Below are positions 10,065 through 19,732 of a DNA stretch of 64,000 nucleotides, piece after piece. The translations under genes and the position numbers were made by a program. The stretch is taken from the NCBI GenBank assembly GCA_905199445.1, contig CAJKGK010000001.1, forward strand, positions 91,059 through 155,058. Reading direction: 5' to 3'. This DNA is from an uncultured Lachnospiraceae bacterium (lineage in GTDB: Bacteria > Bacillota > Clostridia > Lachnospirales > Lachnospiraceae). Within the stretch, counting starts at the first letter, position 1. The number at the start of each line of letters is the position of its first letter. The notes under the pieces were generated by a model. It did no database searches. It worked only from the letters and a program-made list of their open reading frames with translations, and was not told where the DNA came from.

Positions 10065-12818
10065 TTACAGCTCTGCCTGGATCTGACTGATGCCATCAAT
10101 CACCAAATCCACACGCTCCGGTCTTACACCTATAAAGGCCATACCCTTTAATTCTTCCACGGTCTGCGCCATATTTTCAATGTCACCGGACATCACCATG
10201 CCATAGGCCTGAGGCACATATGTCTTTAAAATGTCCATGGCTTTTTCATTTCCGGCCAGCTCAAACAGGAAGGAATCCTTTGAAAACGGCTTTAATAAAT
10301 CTTTTGCAGGCTTATAGGTAATGTCATAGCTTCCGGCTTCCATATTTAAAGGTTCACCGTCATAATAAGGCAGACAGGCTGTGGCTGTACAGTTAAACGG
10401 TACTTCAAAATGCATGGTCACACTGCCGTCACCATTGATTTTCCAGTTAGACACATATCGGCCGCTGACAGAATCATAACTGCAGTTCATGTAACCCATT
10501 TTAATATTTAACTGAGGTTTAAAACAAACACTCTTAAAAGCCGTTGAGGAAGCACAGATGCCGGCCACATATTTATACATATATTCCAGAACAGAACCAT
10601 AGGAATAATGATTCAGGGAATTCATACCTGTACCGCTGATGCTGCCGTCATCCAAAACAGAATTCCAACGTTCCCAAATGGTTGTCGCCCCCAGGTTCAC
10701 ACAGTGAAGCCAGCTTGGGAAGTCTTCATTGAGCAGAAAATGCCATGCAGCATCATGAAGTCCGTTTTCAGCCAGCACGGTACACATCATCGTGGCACCG
10801 ACAAAGCCGCCTCTGATTCTGTAGCAGTCCCGTTTAAACCGGTTTTTAAGGCCTTCTATAATTCTGTTTTTATCTGTAAAAATACCAAACTTTAACGCTA
10901 CAAGATAGGCCGTCTGGGTATCAATGGCCAGGCGTCCGGTCTTTGTAAAATATTCGTCTAAAATAGCCTGACGAATTTTGGCTGCCAGTTGGGCATACTT
11001 TTCTTCATCTTCTTTATTTCCAATAATTCCTGCAGCCCTGCTGACAATACCTGCAGATGCATAATAATAGCAGGATGCAATATAATAATCATCGGTTCCG
11101 CCCTTCACACTCTGGTCTGTGGCACCGTCCAATGCCAGCCAGTCTCCAAAATGAAAGCCGTAATCAAACAGATAATGATTGCCGTTGGCTTCATCACCTC
11201 TGCGGATATAGTCCACCCAATCTTTCATCAACGGGTAATAAGTTTCAATGACTTCTGCGTCCCCGAAATAATCATACAGTACATTAGGAATAAACGTCGC
11301 TGCATCGCCCCATACACAGCTGCCGCCATCATTCATGCCGCAAAGCGGGGCAACATGAGGCGCTGCACCGCCCAGCTGAAGCTGTGCAATTCTTAAATCA
11401 TGAAGATATTTATCATAAAAAGCTCTTGTATCCATATTATAGCTGGCTGTCGGAGAAAAGACATTGGCATCTCCTGTCCATCCCAGACGTTCATCTCTTT
11501 GCGGACAGTCTGTCGGCACATCCAGGAAATTGGAACGCTGGCCCCACAGACAGTTGGAAATCAGCTGGTTAATCTTTGTATGTCCTGTTTCCATAAATCC
11601 GGTACGTTTCAAATCTGAATGAATGGCCAGTCCGGTAAAATCATGGACATTGAGGTCACCTTTCCATCCGGTCACACGGACATAGCGGCCGCCGTAAAAT
11701 GTAAAATGGGGACGCACCGTCTCAGGATTTCCGTCGGATACATAGGTAAACTGTGGTTTTGCAGAACGGTAATTGTCATTATAATAATTCCCCTGCTGAA
11801 GAATTTCTCCATATTCCAGCACAACCTTTGTTCCTTTAGGCAGTCTGGATTCAAACTGAACAAATCCGGTAAAGTTCTGTCCAAAATCCAATACCGTTTC
11901 TCCGGCCGGTGTATGAATCATCTCTTTGACAGAAAGTTTTTCACAGGCACGCACCGGCATACTGAATCTTGGCACCAGCTTACTTGTATCAGCCCCCAAA
12001 ACTTCAACTGACTTTTCAGGATTTTCTCTGCCTTCCCAAAGCAGCCTGTCATAAGTTTCTCCGTCATAAATGCCGCTGTCAGCCACATCAAAGCCTTTAT
12101 ACATCCAGGTCTTGTCGGTTGCAGTTACAGCGTGTGTACCGTCTGCATAATCCACATGAATTTCAGCAATTACCTTAAAACGGTCGCCATACAGTCCCTT
12201 GCCGCCGCCCAGGCCAAAACGGCCTTTGTACCAGCCATTGCCCAGAATAAACGCTGCTTTATTATCTGCCTTAAGCATAGATGTAATATCATAGGTCTGA
12301 TACTGAAGATCGTAATTATAATCATTATAAAACGGCGCCAGATATTCATCGCCTACTTTTTCTCCATTAATATAAGCCTCATAAACCCCCAGACCGCATA
12401 CATACAGCCGGGCGGACACAACTTCCCGATCCGTCTCAAAATTTTTATAAACAACCGGGTGATACTGATCTTCCTGCGCAGGTCCGACCCATACGCCAGT
12501 CCATGGCTCATTCATTTTTCCGGTTTCAAAGGTCGTTTCCCCGCTGGCTGTTTCACCGTTATCTCCGGTCACGGTCACACGGACATAGTACAGCGTTCTG
12601 GGTAATAATTCCATATTCAGGATTTCGCATATACTGTTTAAGTTTCCCTCTTTTTCATAGACTAAGTTTTTAAAATCCTCTGTCGTTGAAACCTTTACAC
12701 AGGCCTTTTCCTGATATTTCCCGGCTGTATCGCATACCTTCCAGGACAGCTTGATTTTTCTGTAACCATAGCCACGTGGATGTTCCATGCCGCAAATCAT
12801 TACCTGAGTAACTTTCAT
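10065..12818 (-). CDS. alpha-L-rhamnosidase, glycoside hydrolase family 78
   Basis: Large bacterial rhamnosidase architecture (N-terminal beta domains plus six-hairpin catalytic domain). Start set at MKVTQ (12818) after an AGGAGG RBS; the ORF caller's 23-codon extension is rejected. Confidence 0.8.
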   Translation of the reverse strand: MKVTQVMICGMEHPRGYGYRKIKLSWKVCDTAGKYQEKACVKVSTTEDFKNLVYEKEGNLNSICEILNMELLPRTLYYVRVTVTGDNGETASGETTFETGKMNEPWTGVWVGPAQEDQYHPVVYKNFETDREVVSARLYVCGLGVYEAYINGEKVGDEYLAPFYNDYNYDLQYQTYDITSMLKADNKAAFILGNGWYKGRFGLGGGKGLYGDRFKVIAEIHVDYADGTHAVTATDKTWMYKGFDVADSGIYDGETYDRLLWEGRENPEKSVEVLGADTSKLVPRFSMPVRACEKLSVKEMIHTPAGETVLDFGQNFTGFVQFESRLPKGTKVVLEYGEILQQGNYYNDNYRSAKPQFTYVSDGNPETVRPHFTFYGGRYVRVTGWKGDLNVHDFTGLAIHSDLKRTGFMETGHTKINQLISNCLWGQRSNFLDVPTDCPQRDERLGWTGDANVFSPTASYNMDTRAFYDKYLHDLRIAQLQLGGAAPHVAPLCGMNDGGSCVWGDAATFIPNVLYDYFGDAEVIETYYPLMKDWVDYIRRGDEANGNHYLFDYGFHFGDWLALDGATDQSVKGGTDDYYIASCYYYASAGIVSRAAGIIGNKEDEEKYAQLAAKIRQAILDEYFTKTGRLAIDTQTAYLVALKFGIFTDKNRIIEGLKNRFKRDCYRIRGGFVGATMMCTVLAENGLHDAAWHFLLNEDFPSWLHCVNLGATTIWERWNSVLDDGSISGTGMNSLNHYSYGSVLEYMYKYVAGICASSTAFKSVCFKPQLNIKMGYMNCSYDSVSGRYVSNWKINGDGSVTMHFEVPFNCTATACLPYYDGEPLNMEAGSYDITYKPAKDLLKPFSKDSFLFELAGNEKAMDILKTYVPQAYGMVMSGDIENMAQTVEELKGMAFIGVRPERVDLVIDGISQIQAEL

Positions 12819-12934
12819 AATATAAACCTCCTGCCACTTTTTATTTACAGAATAAATTTTCCTGTTATAATTACAAAAAAGACACATTATTTTTTACCGG
12901 CAGTATTTCCCTTCCGGCCCAAGGAGCAAAATCT

Positions 12935-14047
12935 ATGACACATGAAGATATCCTGACCTGGCTGTACACCCTCTCCCCCATTGAGGCAGCCCTGAAAGAT
13001 TACTATTTACACTATCACCGTCCGCCGCAGCCTTCCATGTTTCACCAAATCAGCTGCACCCAAATGCCAAAGTTTGACAAAGCCTTTGACAATATTGACA
13101 CCATCCCGGCCATTACAGCCGCACTGGACGGCCCCCCAGGAACATTAAAGCTGGAAATGGATGACACATGGATCCAAAAAGATGAGAATATCTCGATCTG
13201 CCGCCATCCCCGGTATTCACCGGTAAATATCCACACCCATACATTTATCGAGATTTCCGTGGTATACCATGGTCAGTGTACCCATCATTTTTATGAAAAT
13301 CTCCATGATTTGACCGATGGGGAACAACTTGATTTAAAAACCGGCGATATATGTATTATTCCGCCAAACACCTGCCACAGCATCAGTGTTTTCGATGACA
13401 GTATTATCATCAATCTTTTAATTCGGACAAAGCTGATGAAAGAGACCCTGTCCAGAATTTTATCCAGCAATCACCTGCTTTTTGATTTTTTTGTCCTCAC
13501 CCTTTACAACAAAGACACCTCGGATTTTATGCTGTTTTCCACGGATGCGGATCAACGGATTTTAAATCTTCTTGTGGATATGATGCTGGAAGCCTGTGAG
13601 CGGCGTCCTTACTATCAACAGGCTTCTGATTTAATGCTTGGCTTAATGTTTACCTACCTGCAGCGGGATTTTTCGGACCATATCCGCTTTTCCCGAAATG
13701 CAGCCACCGGAATCGGCCATATCCCGCCGATTCTTCAGTACATGCATCAGCATTACAACCAAAATGTGGACGAAATTGCCGGACATTTCCATTTGAATAC
13801 AGCTTACCTAAGCCGCCTGTTCAAAAAGCATACCCACCATACAGCCATTGAAACCCTGAAAAAAATCCGCATGGAGGCAGCAAAAGACTTCCTTCTCAAT
13901 TCCCATATGCCGGTTCAGGATATCAGCCAGACTGTAGGCTACAGCGACATCCCATTTTTTATCAGTACCTTTAAAAAATACTATGGCGCCACACCTCTCC
14001 AGTACCGCAAAAATGCCCGGTGTCGTGTACCGTCAGACACCCAATAA
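12935..14047 (+). CDS. AraC family transcriptional regulator (cupin sensor + HTH_AraC)
   Basis: C-terminal AraC HTH signature (...YLSRLFKK...GYSDIPFFISTFKKYYGATPLQYR). Divergent from the GH78 gene. Confidence 0.85.
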   Translation: MTHEDILTWLYTLSPIEAALKDYYLHYHRPPQPSMFHQISCTQMPKFDKAFDNIDTIPAITAALDGPPGTLKLEMDDTWIQKDENISICRHPRYSPVNIHTHTFIEISVVYHGQCTHHFYENLHDLTDGEQLDLKTGDICIIPPNTCHSISVFDDSIIINLLIRTKLMKETLSRILSSNHLLFDFFVLTLYNKDTSDFMLFSTDADQRILNLLVDMMLEACERRPYYQQASDLMLGLMFTYLQRDFSDHIRFSRNAATGIGHIPPILQYMHQHYNQNVDEIAGHFHLNTAYLSRLFKKHTHHTAIETLKKIRMEAAKDFLLNSHMPVQDISQTVGYSDIPFFISTFKKYYGATPLQYRKNARCRVPSDTQ

Positions 14048-14059
14048 TCAACAAAATTT

Positions 14060-14098
14060 GCCCTGAGTTTATTATAGCTTCAGGGCATTGATTTCTCC
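14060..14098 (+). terminator. weak intrinsic terminator after araC-family gene
   Basis: GCCCTGA(14060-14066)...TCAGGGC(14080-14086), then a T-rich tract. Confidence 0.4.
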
Positions 14099-14458
14099 AC
14101 AGAGAGAATTGACTAAAAAATATGGTTTTTTTGATTTTTATAAATTCAACTTTCAAATCCTGTCATTCAATGTTCTCTTTACAATAAATTTTCCAAATTC
14201 ATGGACAAGTTTCAAATATTTTTTAATAATCAACACAATCCTGTCATCATTTTGCACAATTCAGAGATATTCAAAGCGCAGGATTGTATTAATTTGCAGC
14301 ATTATAATTCTTTTATATCCTTCCAAATAAATATATAATATATGCATCACATGGGCACAGCGGCCGCGGCCCAGCAAATATTATAAATCGTAATTTAGCC
14401 TTATTTTTTACAACCAACACCTTGTACACAGAAATAAATATATGGGAGGATTATAACT

Positions 14459-16009
14459 ATGAAAAAGAAACTCATCGCAGTCGGCCTGGCAACAACTATG
14501 GCACTTTCTTTAGCCGCATGCGGCGGCTCTGGAGATAACGCTGCACCATCTGACAGCGGCTCATCATCAACCGGTACCCAAAACAATGATTCCAGTGCAG
14601 CAGCTTCCGGCGAAGTTACAAAACTGGTCATGACCTTTCCTACCTGGACAGGCGCTCCAATCGATACTCTGAAAATTCAGGATGCCATGAATGCGATTAC
14701 CAGAGATAAGTTAGGTATTGAAATCGAACTTCAGATTACCGACTACGCCTCCTATAATCAGAGCATGACTCTGGCTTTATCCGGCGGTGAACAGATTGAT
14801 ATCGCCACATGTACCGGTTTCCCTTATGGCAATGCTATAGCCCAGGATTATCTTCTGGATCTGGAAGCCGATGATCTGCTTACGACTTACGGTTCAGGCA
14901 TTATTGAAGCTGTTGGTCAGGAAAATATCGATGCCTGCCGCGTGGGCGGAGTTTTATACGGATTGCCCAACAATCGTGATATCGCCCAGGGCCGTGGCTG
15001 TGCAGCGGTTGCTACAGAATATCTGGACGGCATCGGCTATGAATTTGACCACGAGGCCGAGATCGTAAAAATAACACTGGATGAGTTAAATGATATTTAT
15101 GCTCAGCTTCATGAAAAATATCCGGATCTGGAAGTCTACAGACCAACCACAGGTTCTATGAATCAGTTCTCCAATGTGGACTCCCTCGGCGGTAATGTTT
15201 TCGGTGTTCTCCTTGATTATGGAAAAGAACTAAAAGTTGAGAATCTTTTTACCAGCGATTATTATAAAGAATATTGCGAAAGAATGTACGACTATAATCA
15301 AAAAGGATATATCAGTCAGGATGCAGCTACAGATACAACAGCTGTAGGCGAACTGGTAAAGGCCGGCACACTGATGAGCTATACAACCGGCGGAAAACCT
15401 GGTATTAAGGCTCAGGAAACCAGCCTTTGCGGCAGAGATATGACCATTTTCCAGACAATGGATGACTTTATCACCTCCTCTGCAATTGCTTCTTTCCCAT
15501 GGGTAATTCCTGTAACATCTGAAAATCCTCAGGCTGCTATGACTTATCTGAATGAACTTTATACCAATGCAGATCTGGCCAACATTTTAGCCTGGGGCAT
15601 CGAAGGTACCCATTATGTGATTGGTGATGACGGGCTGGCCACATACCCTGACGGTGTAGATGCCTCCAATTCCGGCTGGAATCATTCCATGGGCTGGATG
15701 CTTCCCAATCAGTTCCTCTCTCATGTATGGGAAGGCAACGATCCTCAGCTTTGGGATAAAATGAAAGCGTTCAACAGTAATGCCATGGTTTCAGCAGCCA
15801 GCGGATTTACTTTCGAAACCGCAAATGTTGCCAATGAAATTACAGCCGTTCAAAACGCTTATAATGAATTCCAGACAAGTGTGGAATATGGCTTTGTAGA
15901 TCCTGCCACAGGTATTCAGGAAATGAATGACAAACTCATGACAGCTGGGCTTGATAAGATTATCGCAGAAAAACAGCGTCAGCTGGACGAATGGGCTGCA
16001 AATAAATAA
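14459..16009 (+). CDS. ABC transporter extracellular solute-binding lipoprotein (LplA-like, family 1)
   Basis: Signal peptide with LAACGG lipobox. 516 aa SBP. GGGAGG RBS. Confidence 0.85.
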   Translation: MKKKLIAVGLATTMALSLAACGGSGDNAAPSDSGSSSTGTQNNDSSAAASGEVTKLVMTFPTWTGAPIDTLKIQDAMNAITRDKLGIEIELQITDYASYNQSMTLALSGGEQIDIATCTGFPYGNAIAQDYLLDLEADDLLTTYGSGIIEAVGQENIDACRVGGVLYGLPNNRDIAQGRGCAAVATEYLDGIGYEFDHEAEIVKITLDELNDIYAQLHEKYPDLEVYRPTTGSMNQFSNVDSLGGNVFGVLLDYGKELKVENLFTSDYYKEYCERMYDYNQKGYISQDAATDTTAVGELVKAGTLMSYTTGGKPGIKAQETSLCGRDMTIFQTMDDFITSSAIASFPWVIPVTSENPQAAMTYLNELYTNADLANILAWGIEGTHYVIGDDGLATYPDGVDASNSGWNHSMGWMLPNQFLSHVWEGNDPQLWDKMKAFNSNAMVSAASGFTFETANVANEITAVQNAYNEFQTSVEYGFVDPATGIQEMNDKLMTAGLDKIIAEKQRQLDEWAANK

Positions 16010-16042
16010 AATCATTCATTCACCTAAAATGACACATTCACC

Positions 16043-16091
16043 GGGGCTGCCAGTTCAGCAGTTATTGTAAAAATATCCGCTGTGACAGCCC
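16043..16091 (+). promoter_or_regulatory. intra-operon stem-loop between SBP and permease genes
   Basis: GGGGCTG...CAGCCCC 7-bp stem with a ~35-nt loop, followed by a weak U tract. Typical partial terminator giving SBP excess. Confidence 0.35.
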
Positions 16092-16125
16092 CTTAAAATA
16101 TGATTCCGAAAGGAGGCCATGGCTT

Positions 16126-17091
16126 ATGGAAAAAGCCGTATCCAAAAGCAACAAGGTGTATCCGCTGCCCCCAAAAAACAAAATGACCTGGCGTAAATTC
16201 AAACGTTTTATTCCCATTTATCTTCTCATGCTTCCAGGTCTTGCTTATCTGTTTATTAATAATTATATGCCCCTGCCCGGACTTATGGTGGCATTTAAAA
16301 AATACAGCGCAGTCAAAGGCATTTACGGCAGCCCCTGGGTTGGACTGAAAAACTTTGAATATCTTTTTACCACCAGCGATGCCTGGGTCATTACAAGAAA
16401 TACCATTTGTTATAATATCGCTTTTATTATTATTAATACAACCCTGGCCATTGTGGTTGCTATCATTTTAAGCGAACTCACCGGACGGGTAAAAAAATTC
16501 TATCAAAGTGCGATTCTTCTCCCAAACCTAATTTCTACCGTTATTATCGGATATCTGGTCTTCGCCTTTTTCAGTGTGGAAAATGGATTTATCAACAATA
16601 CCCTTTTTAAAACTCTGGGTCTTGAACCTGTTGCCTGGTATTCAGAACCTGAATATTGGCCCTTTATCATCATTTTTGTCAATGCATGGAAAACCGTAGG
16701 TTATAACTGCATTATCTATCTTGCCACTTTAATGGGAATCGACAAAACCTACTATGAATCCGCAAAAATTGACGGTGCAACAAAGTGGGAGCAAATCCGT
16801 CATATCACGCTGCCCCTGTTAAAGCCAACGGTAATTATGCTGACATTGATGGCCATCGGACGTATTTTCTACTCTGATTTCGGTCTTTTCTATCAGGTTC
16901 CCATGAATCAGGGTGCACTCTACGCCACAACCAATACGATTGATACGTATGTTTACAGAGGACTTCTGCAGATGGGTAATATCTCCATGTCCGCCGCTGC
17001 CGGTGTTTACCAGTCCATTGTAGGATTTGTTCTTGTTCTGGGTGCAAACCTGCTTGTACGTAAGTTTGACCGTGAAAACGCATTGATTTAG
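16126..17091 (+). CDS. sugar ABC transporter permease (LplB-like)
   Basis: 321 aa, 6 TM, binding-protein-dependent permease EAA-like region. AAAGGAGG RBS. Confidence 0.85.
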   Translation: MEKAVSKSNKVYPLPPKNKMTWRKFKRFIPIYLLMLPGLAYLFINNYMPLPGLMVAFKKYSAVKGIYGSPWVGLKNFEYLFTTSDAWVITRNTICYNIAFIIINTTLAIVVAIILSELTGRVKKFYQSAILLPNLISTVIIGYLVFAFFSVENGFINNTLFKTLGLEPVAWYSEPEYWPFIIIFVNAWKTVGYNCIIYLATLMGIDKTYYESAKIDGATKWEQIRHITLPLLKPTVIMLTLMAIGRIFYSDFGLFYQVPMNQGALYATTNTIDTYVYRGLLQMGNISMSAAAGVYQSIVGFVLVLGANLLVRKFDRENALI

Positions 17092-17101
17092 GAGGTGCAC
17101 A

Positions 17102-18001
17102 ATGAAAACGAACGGTGACAAAATATTTAACTTTTTCGGCCATATTTTTATGATTATTTTGACGATTATGGCAGTGGTTCCCATTATATTAATGTTTATT
17201 TCCTCTTTCACAGACAACAATACATTGCTTCAGAATGGCTATTCCTTTATCCCCGAAAAGTGGAGCCTATATGCTTACAGCTGGATTTTTACATCCAACG
17301 GTTCCATGATCTTAAAGGCCTATGGAGTATCCATTGTGCTCACAGTCATCGGTGTTACCATCAGCCTGGCCATCACCACATGTCTCGCCTATGGTCTGGC
17401 AAAGAAAAACCTACCCGGACGGGGTGTGCTTACATTCCTTGTATTTTTCACCATGCTGTTTAACGGAGGTCTTGTTCCTACATATATTAATTACACGACA
17501 GTATTTCATATCAAAGATACCTTTTTCGGTCTTTTGCTGCCTTCATTACTGATGAACGCTTTTAATGTCCTTCTCATGAAAAGCTACTTCGTCACAGGTG
17601 TCCCCGACGAAATTCTGGAAGCCGCCTATATCGACGGCGCCAGCGAAGTTCAAACCATGTGGAAGATTGCAATTCCCCTGTCCAAACCAATCGTTACCAC
17701 TGTGGCCATGTTTGCGGGTATCGCCTACTGGAATGACTGGAATAATGGTTATATATATCTTGTAAAGCGAACCGATCTTTACAGTATCCAAAACCTTTTA
17801 AATCGCCTGATGCAAAATATACAGGCCCTCACTCAAAATGCCAGTAACCTGTCCAACGCCGGCGAGGGCCTTGCTCAAATCCCATCGGCGACAGTACGAA
17901 TGGCCATGGCCGCCCTTGGTATACTGCCTATTATTCTGATTTATCCTTTTATTCAGAAAAACTTTGTCAAAGGGATTACATTAGGTGGTGTGAAAGGCTG
18001 A
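17102..18001 (+). CDS. sugar ABC transporter permease (LplC-like)
   Basis: 299 aa permease with the conserved EAAYIDGAS...IAIPLSKP segment. Confidence 0.85.
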   Translation: MKTNGDKIFNFFGHIFMIILTIMAVVPIILMFISSFTDNNTLLQNGYSFIPEKWSLYAYSWIFTSNGSMILKAYGVSIVLTVIGVTISLAITTCLAYGLAKKNLPGRGVLTFLVFFTMLFNGGLVPTYINYTTVFHIKDTFFGLLLPSLLMNAFNVLLMKSYFVTGVPDEILEAAYIDGASEVQTMWKIAIPLSKPIVTTVAMFAGIAYWNDWNNGYIYLVKRTDLYSIQNLLNRLMQNIQALTQNASNLSNAGEGLAQIPSATVRMAMAALGILPIILIYPFIQKNFVKGITLGGVKG

Positions 18002-18043
18002 TATGCGCAAGAAAATCTCGCAGAACAGATAACGGAAGACATA

Positions 18044-18096
18044 GTAAAAGGAGCGAAAGCAAAAAAATCAAAATTTTTGCTTTCGCTCCTTTTTTA
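18044..18096. terminator. bidirectional intrinsic terminator between convergent permease and response-regulator genes
   Basis: Perfect 12-13 bp stem GGAGCGAAAGCA/TGCTTTCGCTCC (18049-18061 / 18078-18090), A-run upstream and T6 downstream. Confidence 0.65.
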
Positions 18097-19692
18097 TTTT
18101 CTAAATTCCCTTGGGGTCATCCCTGTTGCCTTTTTAAACTGTCTGGAAAAATATGATATATTTTGAAATCCACATGTAATGGCAATATCACGGATACTCA
18201 TTTCATTTTTGGCCAGAAGCTGTTTGGCCCGGCGAATTCGTTCCTCAATAATATAATTGGTCAGCGAATATCCTGTTTCTTTTTTAAAAATATGAGACAA
18301 ATAATCTGTATTCAGATACACAACCGCTGCCAGTGTATCTCTGTTTAATTCTTCATACAAATGATTTTTAATGTAGTCGCGCACAACAGCCACCACATCG
18401 GTGTGATTTTTTCCTGCAGCTACGGTTTCCTCATAAATTTCCAGGGTCTGCGCAATCCAGCGCTGCATTTCCTTAAATGAAGTAAACGGCGCATCCTCAG
18501 AGAGCATAGACAACTGCTCCCTGAAAATTCTGGCGGTTTCTTCCTGATCCTTTTCTATTGTTTCAAATAGCAGATGGATAAAACTATGGTAAAAACCGAT
18601 TAATGATTCTCTGCGGGCTGTCCCTGAGGCTTTCAGCTGTTTCAGATAATCCCTGGTCTGATCTAAAAGTTCATCCGTTTTATTTTGCAGGATTAAATCT
18701 GCCCATGCTGCAGAGGGAATCTGAATATTTTCCGCTGCCGTTTCATTGGAGACAGGACTTGAAAGATCAAAAACATGATTTTCCAGAGCTACATTCTCAC
18801 GGACCTCCTTCATCAGCATGTTATAGGGCTCGGCAATCTGAGCCATCGTATATGCACCGTCCGCAACAAAAAAATTAAATGAATACGGGAAATGGGGAAC
18901 AAAATCTGTCAGAGCAGACACACAGCGGTTCACCACCCCAGGCTGGTCACGCAAAACCGCCTTATGGGCATTTGAGTCCGGAAGGGGCAGCACATACAAA
19001 CACTCCGAGATACGGGCCACAACCGGAAGCTCATCCGGGCTGTAAAAATATTCCCGCGCAATATTTTTCAGTGCAAACTCAAACAAACTTTTATCCGGCA
19101 TTTCCTGAGCATCCAGATTACACTGAATCAGCAGTAAAATAAATGTCCGGCCGGCCTGATCTGCCTTTAATTTTCTATATTTTAGCTCTTCCTCAATTTT
19201 ATTCTGGGTGTGTGAAATGGTATTGGCCAGCAAATCCTGCCAGAACTGTTCCATCAAATACAGCTCACTTTCACGCCAATAATCCGCATAAACCGTATTT
19301 TGAAGTGCCCGCTTCTGCTTTTCATACTGCTGGGCAGCACGGTCAATGGCTGTAAGCAAAGGCTCCGCCTCCACAGGTTTTAAAAGATAGTCACTGCTGG
19401 AAAGCTTCATTGCCCTGGATATATAATCAAACTTGGCATAAGCCGTCAGAAAAATACAGGATGTATGCAGCCCCATTTTTCGAATTTCCTCCAGCAAATT
19501 CAGTCCGCTCCCCCCTGGCATCTCAATATCACAGACCATCACACCGATTTCATACTGAGCAAAATATTCCAGTGCATGCTTTAAATTGTATGCACAAAAA
19601 ACCCGCTCAAATCCAGGACGTTTTTCCTCAATTTTCATCCGCAGACTTTCCACCGTATAATATTCATCATCCACAATTAGCAGATTCATCAT
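18094..19692 (-). CDS. two-component response regulator, REC + AraC-type HTH (YesN-like)
   Basis: N-terminal REC (LIVDDE...D...K) and C-terminal HTH_AraC. 532 aa. Confidence 0.9.
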   Translation of the reverse strand: MMNLLIVDDEYYTVESLRMKIEEKRPGFERVFCAYNLKHALEYFAQYEIGVMVCDIEMPGGSGLNLLEEIRKMGLHTSCIFLTAYAKFDYISRAMKLSSSDYLLKPVEAEPLLTAIDRAAQQYEKQKRALQNTVYADYWRESELYLMEQFWQDLLANTISHTQNKIEEELKYRKLKADQAGRTFILLLIQCNLDAQEMPDKSLFEFALKNIAREYFYSPDELPVVARISECLYVLPLPDSNAHKAVLRDQPGVVNRCVSALTDFVPHFPYSFNFFVADGAYTMAQIAEPYNMLMKEVRENVALENHVFDLSSPVSNETAAENIQIPSAAWADLILQNKTDELLDQTRDYLKQLKASGTARRESLIGFYHSFIHLLFETIEKDQEETARIFREQLSMLSEDAPFTSFKEMQRWIAQTLEIYEETVAAGKNHTDVVAVVRDYIKNHLYEELNRDTLAAVVYLNTDYLSHIFKKETGYSLTNYIIEERIRRAKQLLAKNEMSIRDIAITCGFQNISYFSRQFKKATGMTPREFRK

Positions 19693-19732
19693 GTCCCCCC
19701 CCCTATTTTCTTAAATTAACGATCATTCCAAA

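Noticed and set aside
12819-12887. N-terminal extensions proposed by the ORF caller for the GH78 gene (MCLFCNY...) and for the LacI gene (22486-22581)
   Set aside because: Strong AGGAGG/GGAGG RBSs sit immediately upstream of internal ATGs (12818 and 22485). The family N-termini start there.
14088-14330. 80-aa ORF in the AT-rich intergenic region upstream of the ABC SBP
   Set aside because: Low-complexity I/F/N-rich translation, no RBS, and it lies in a promoter/operator region with repeated motifs. More likely non-coding.
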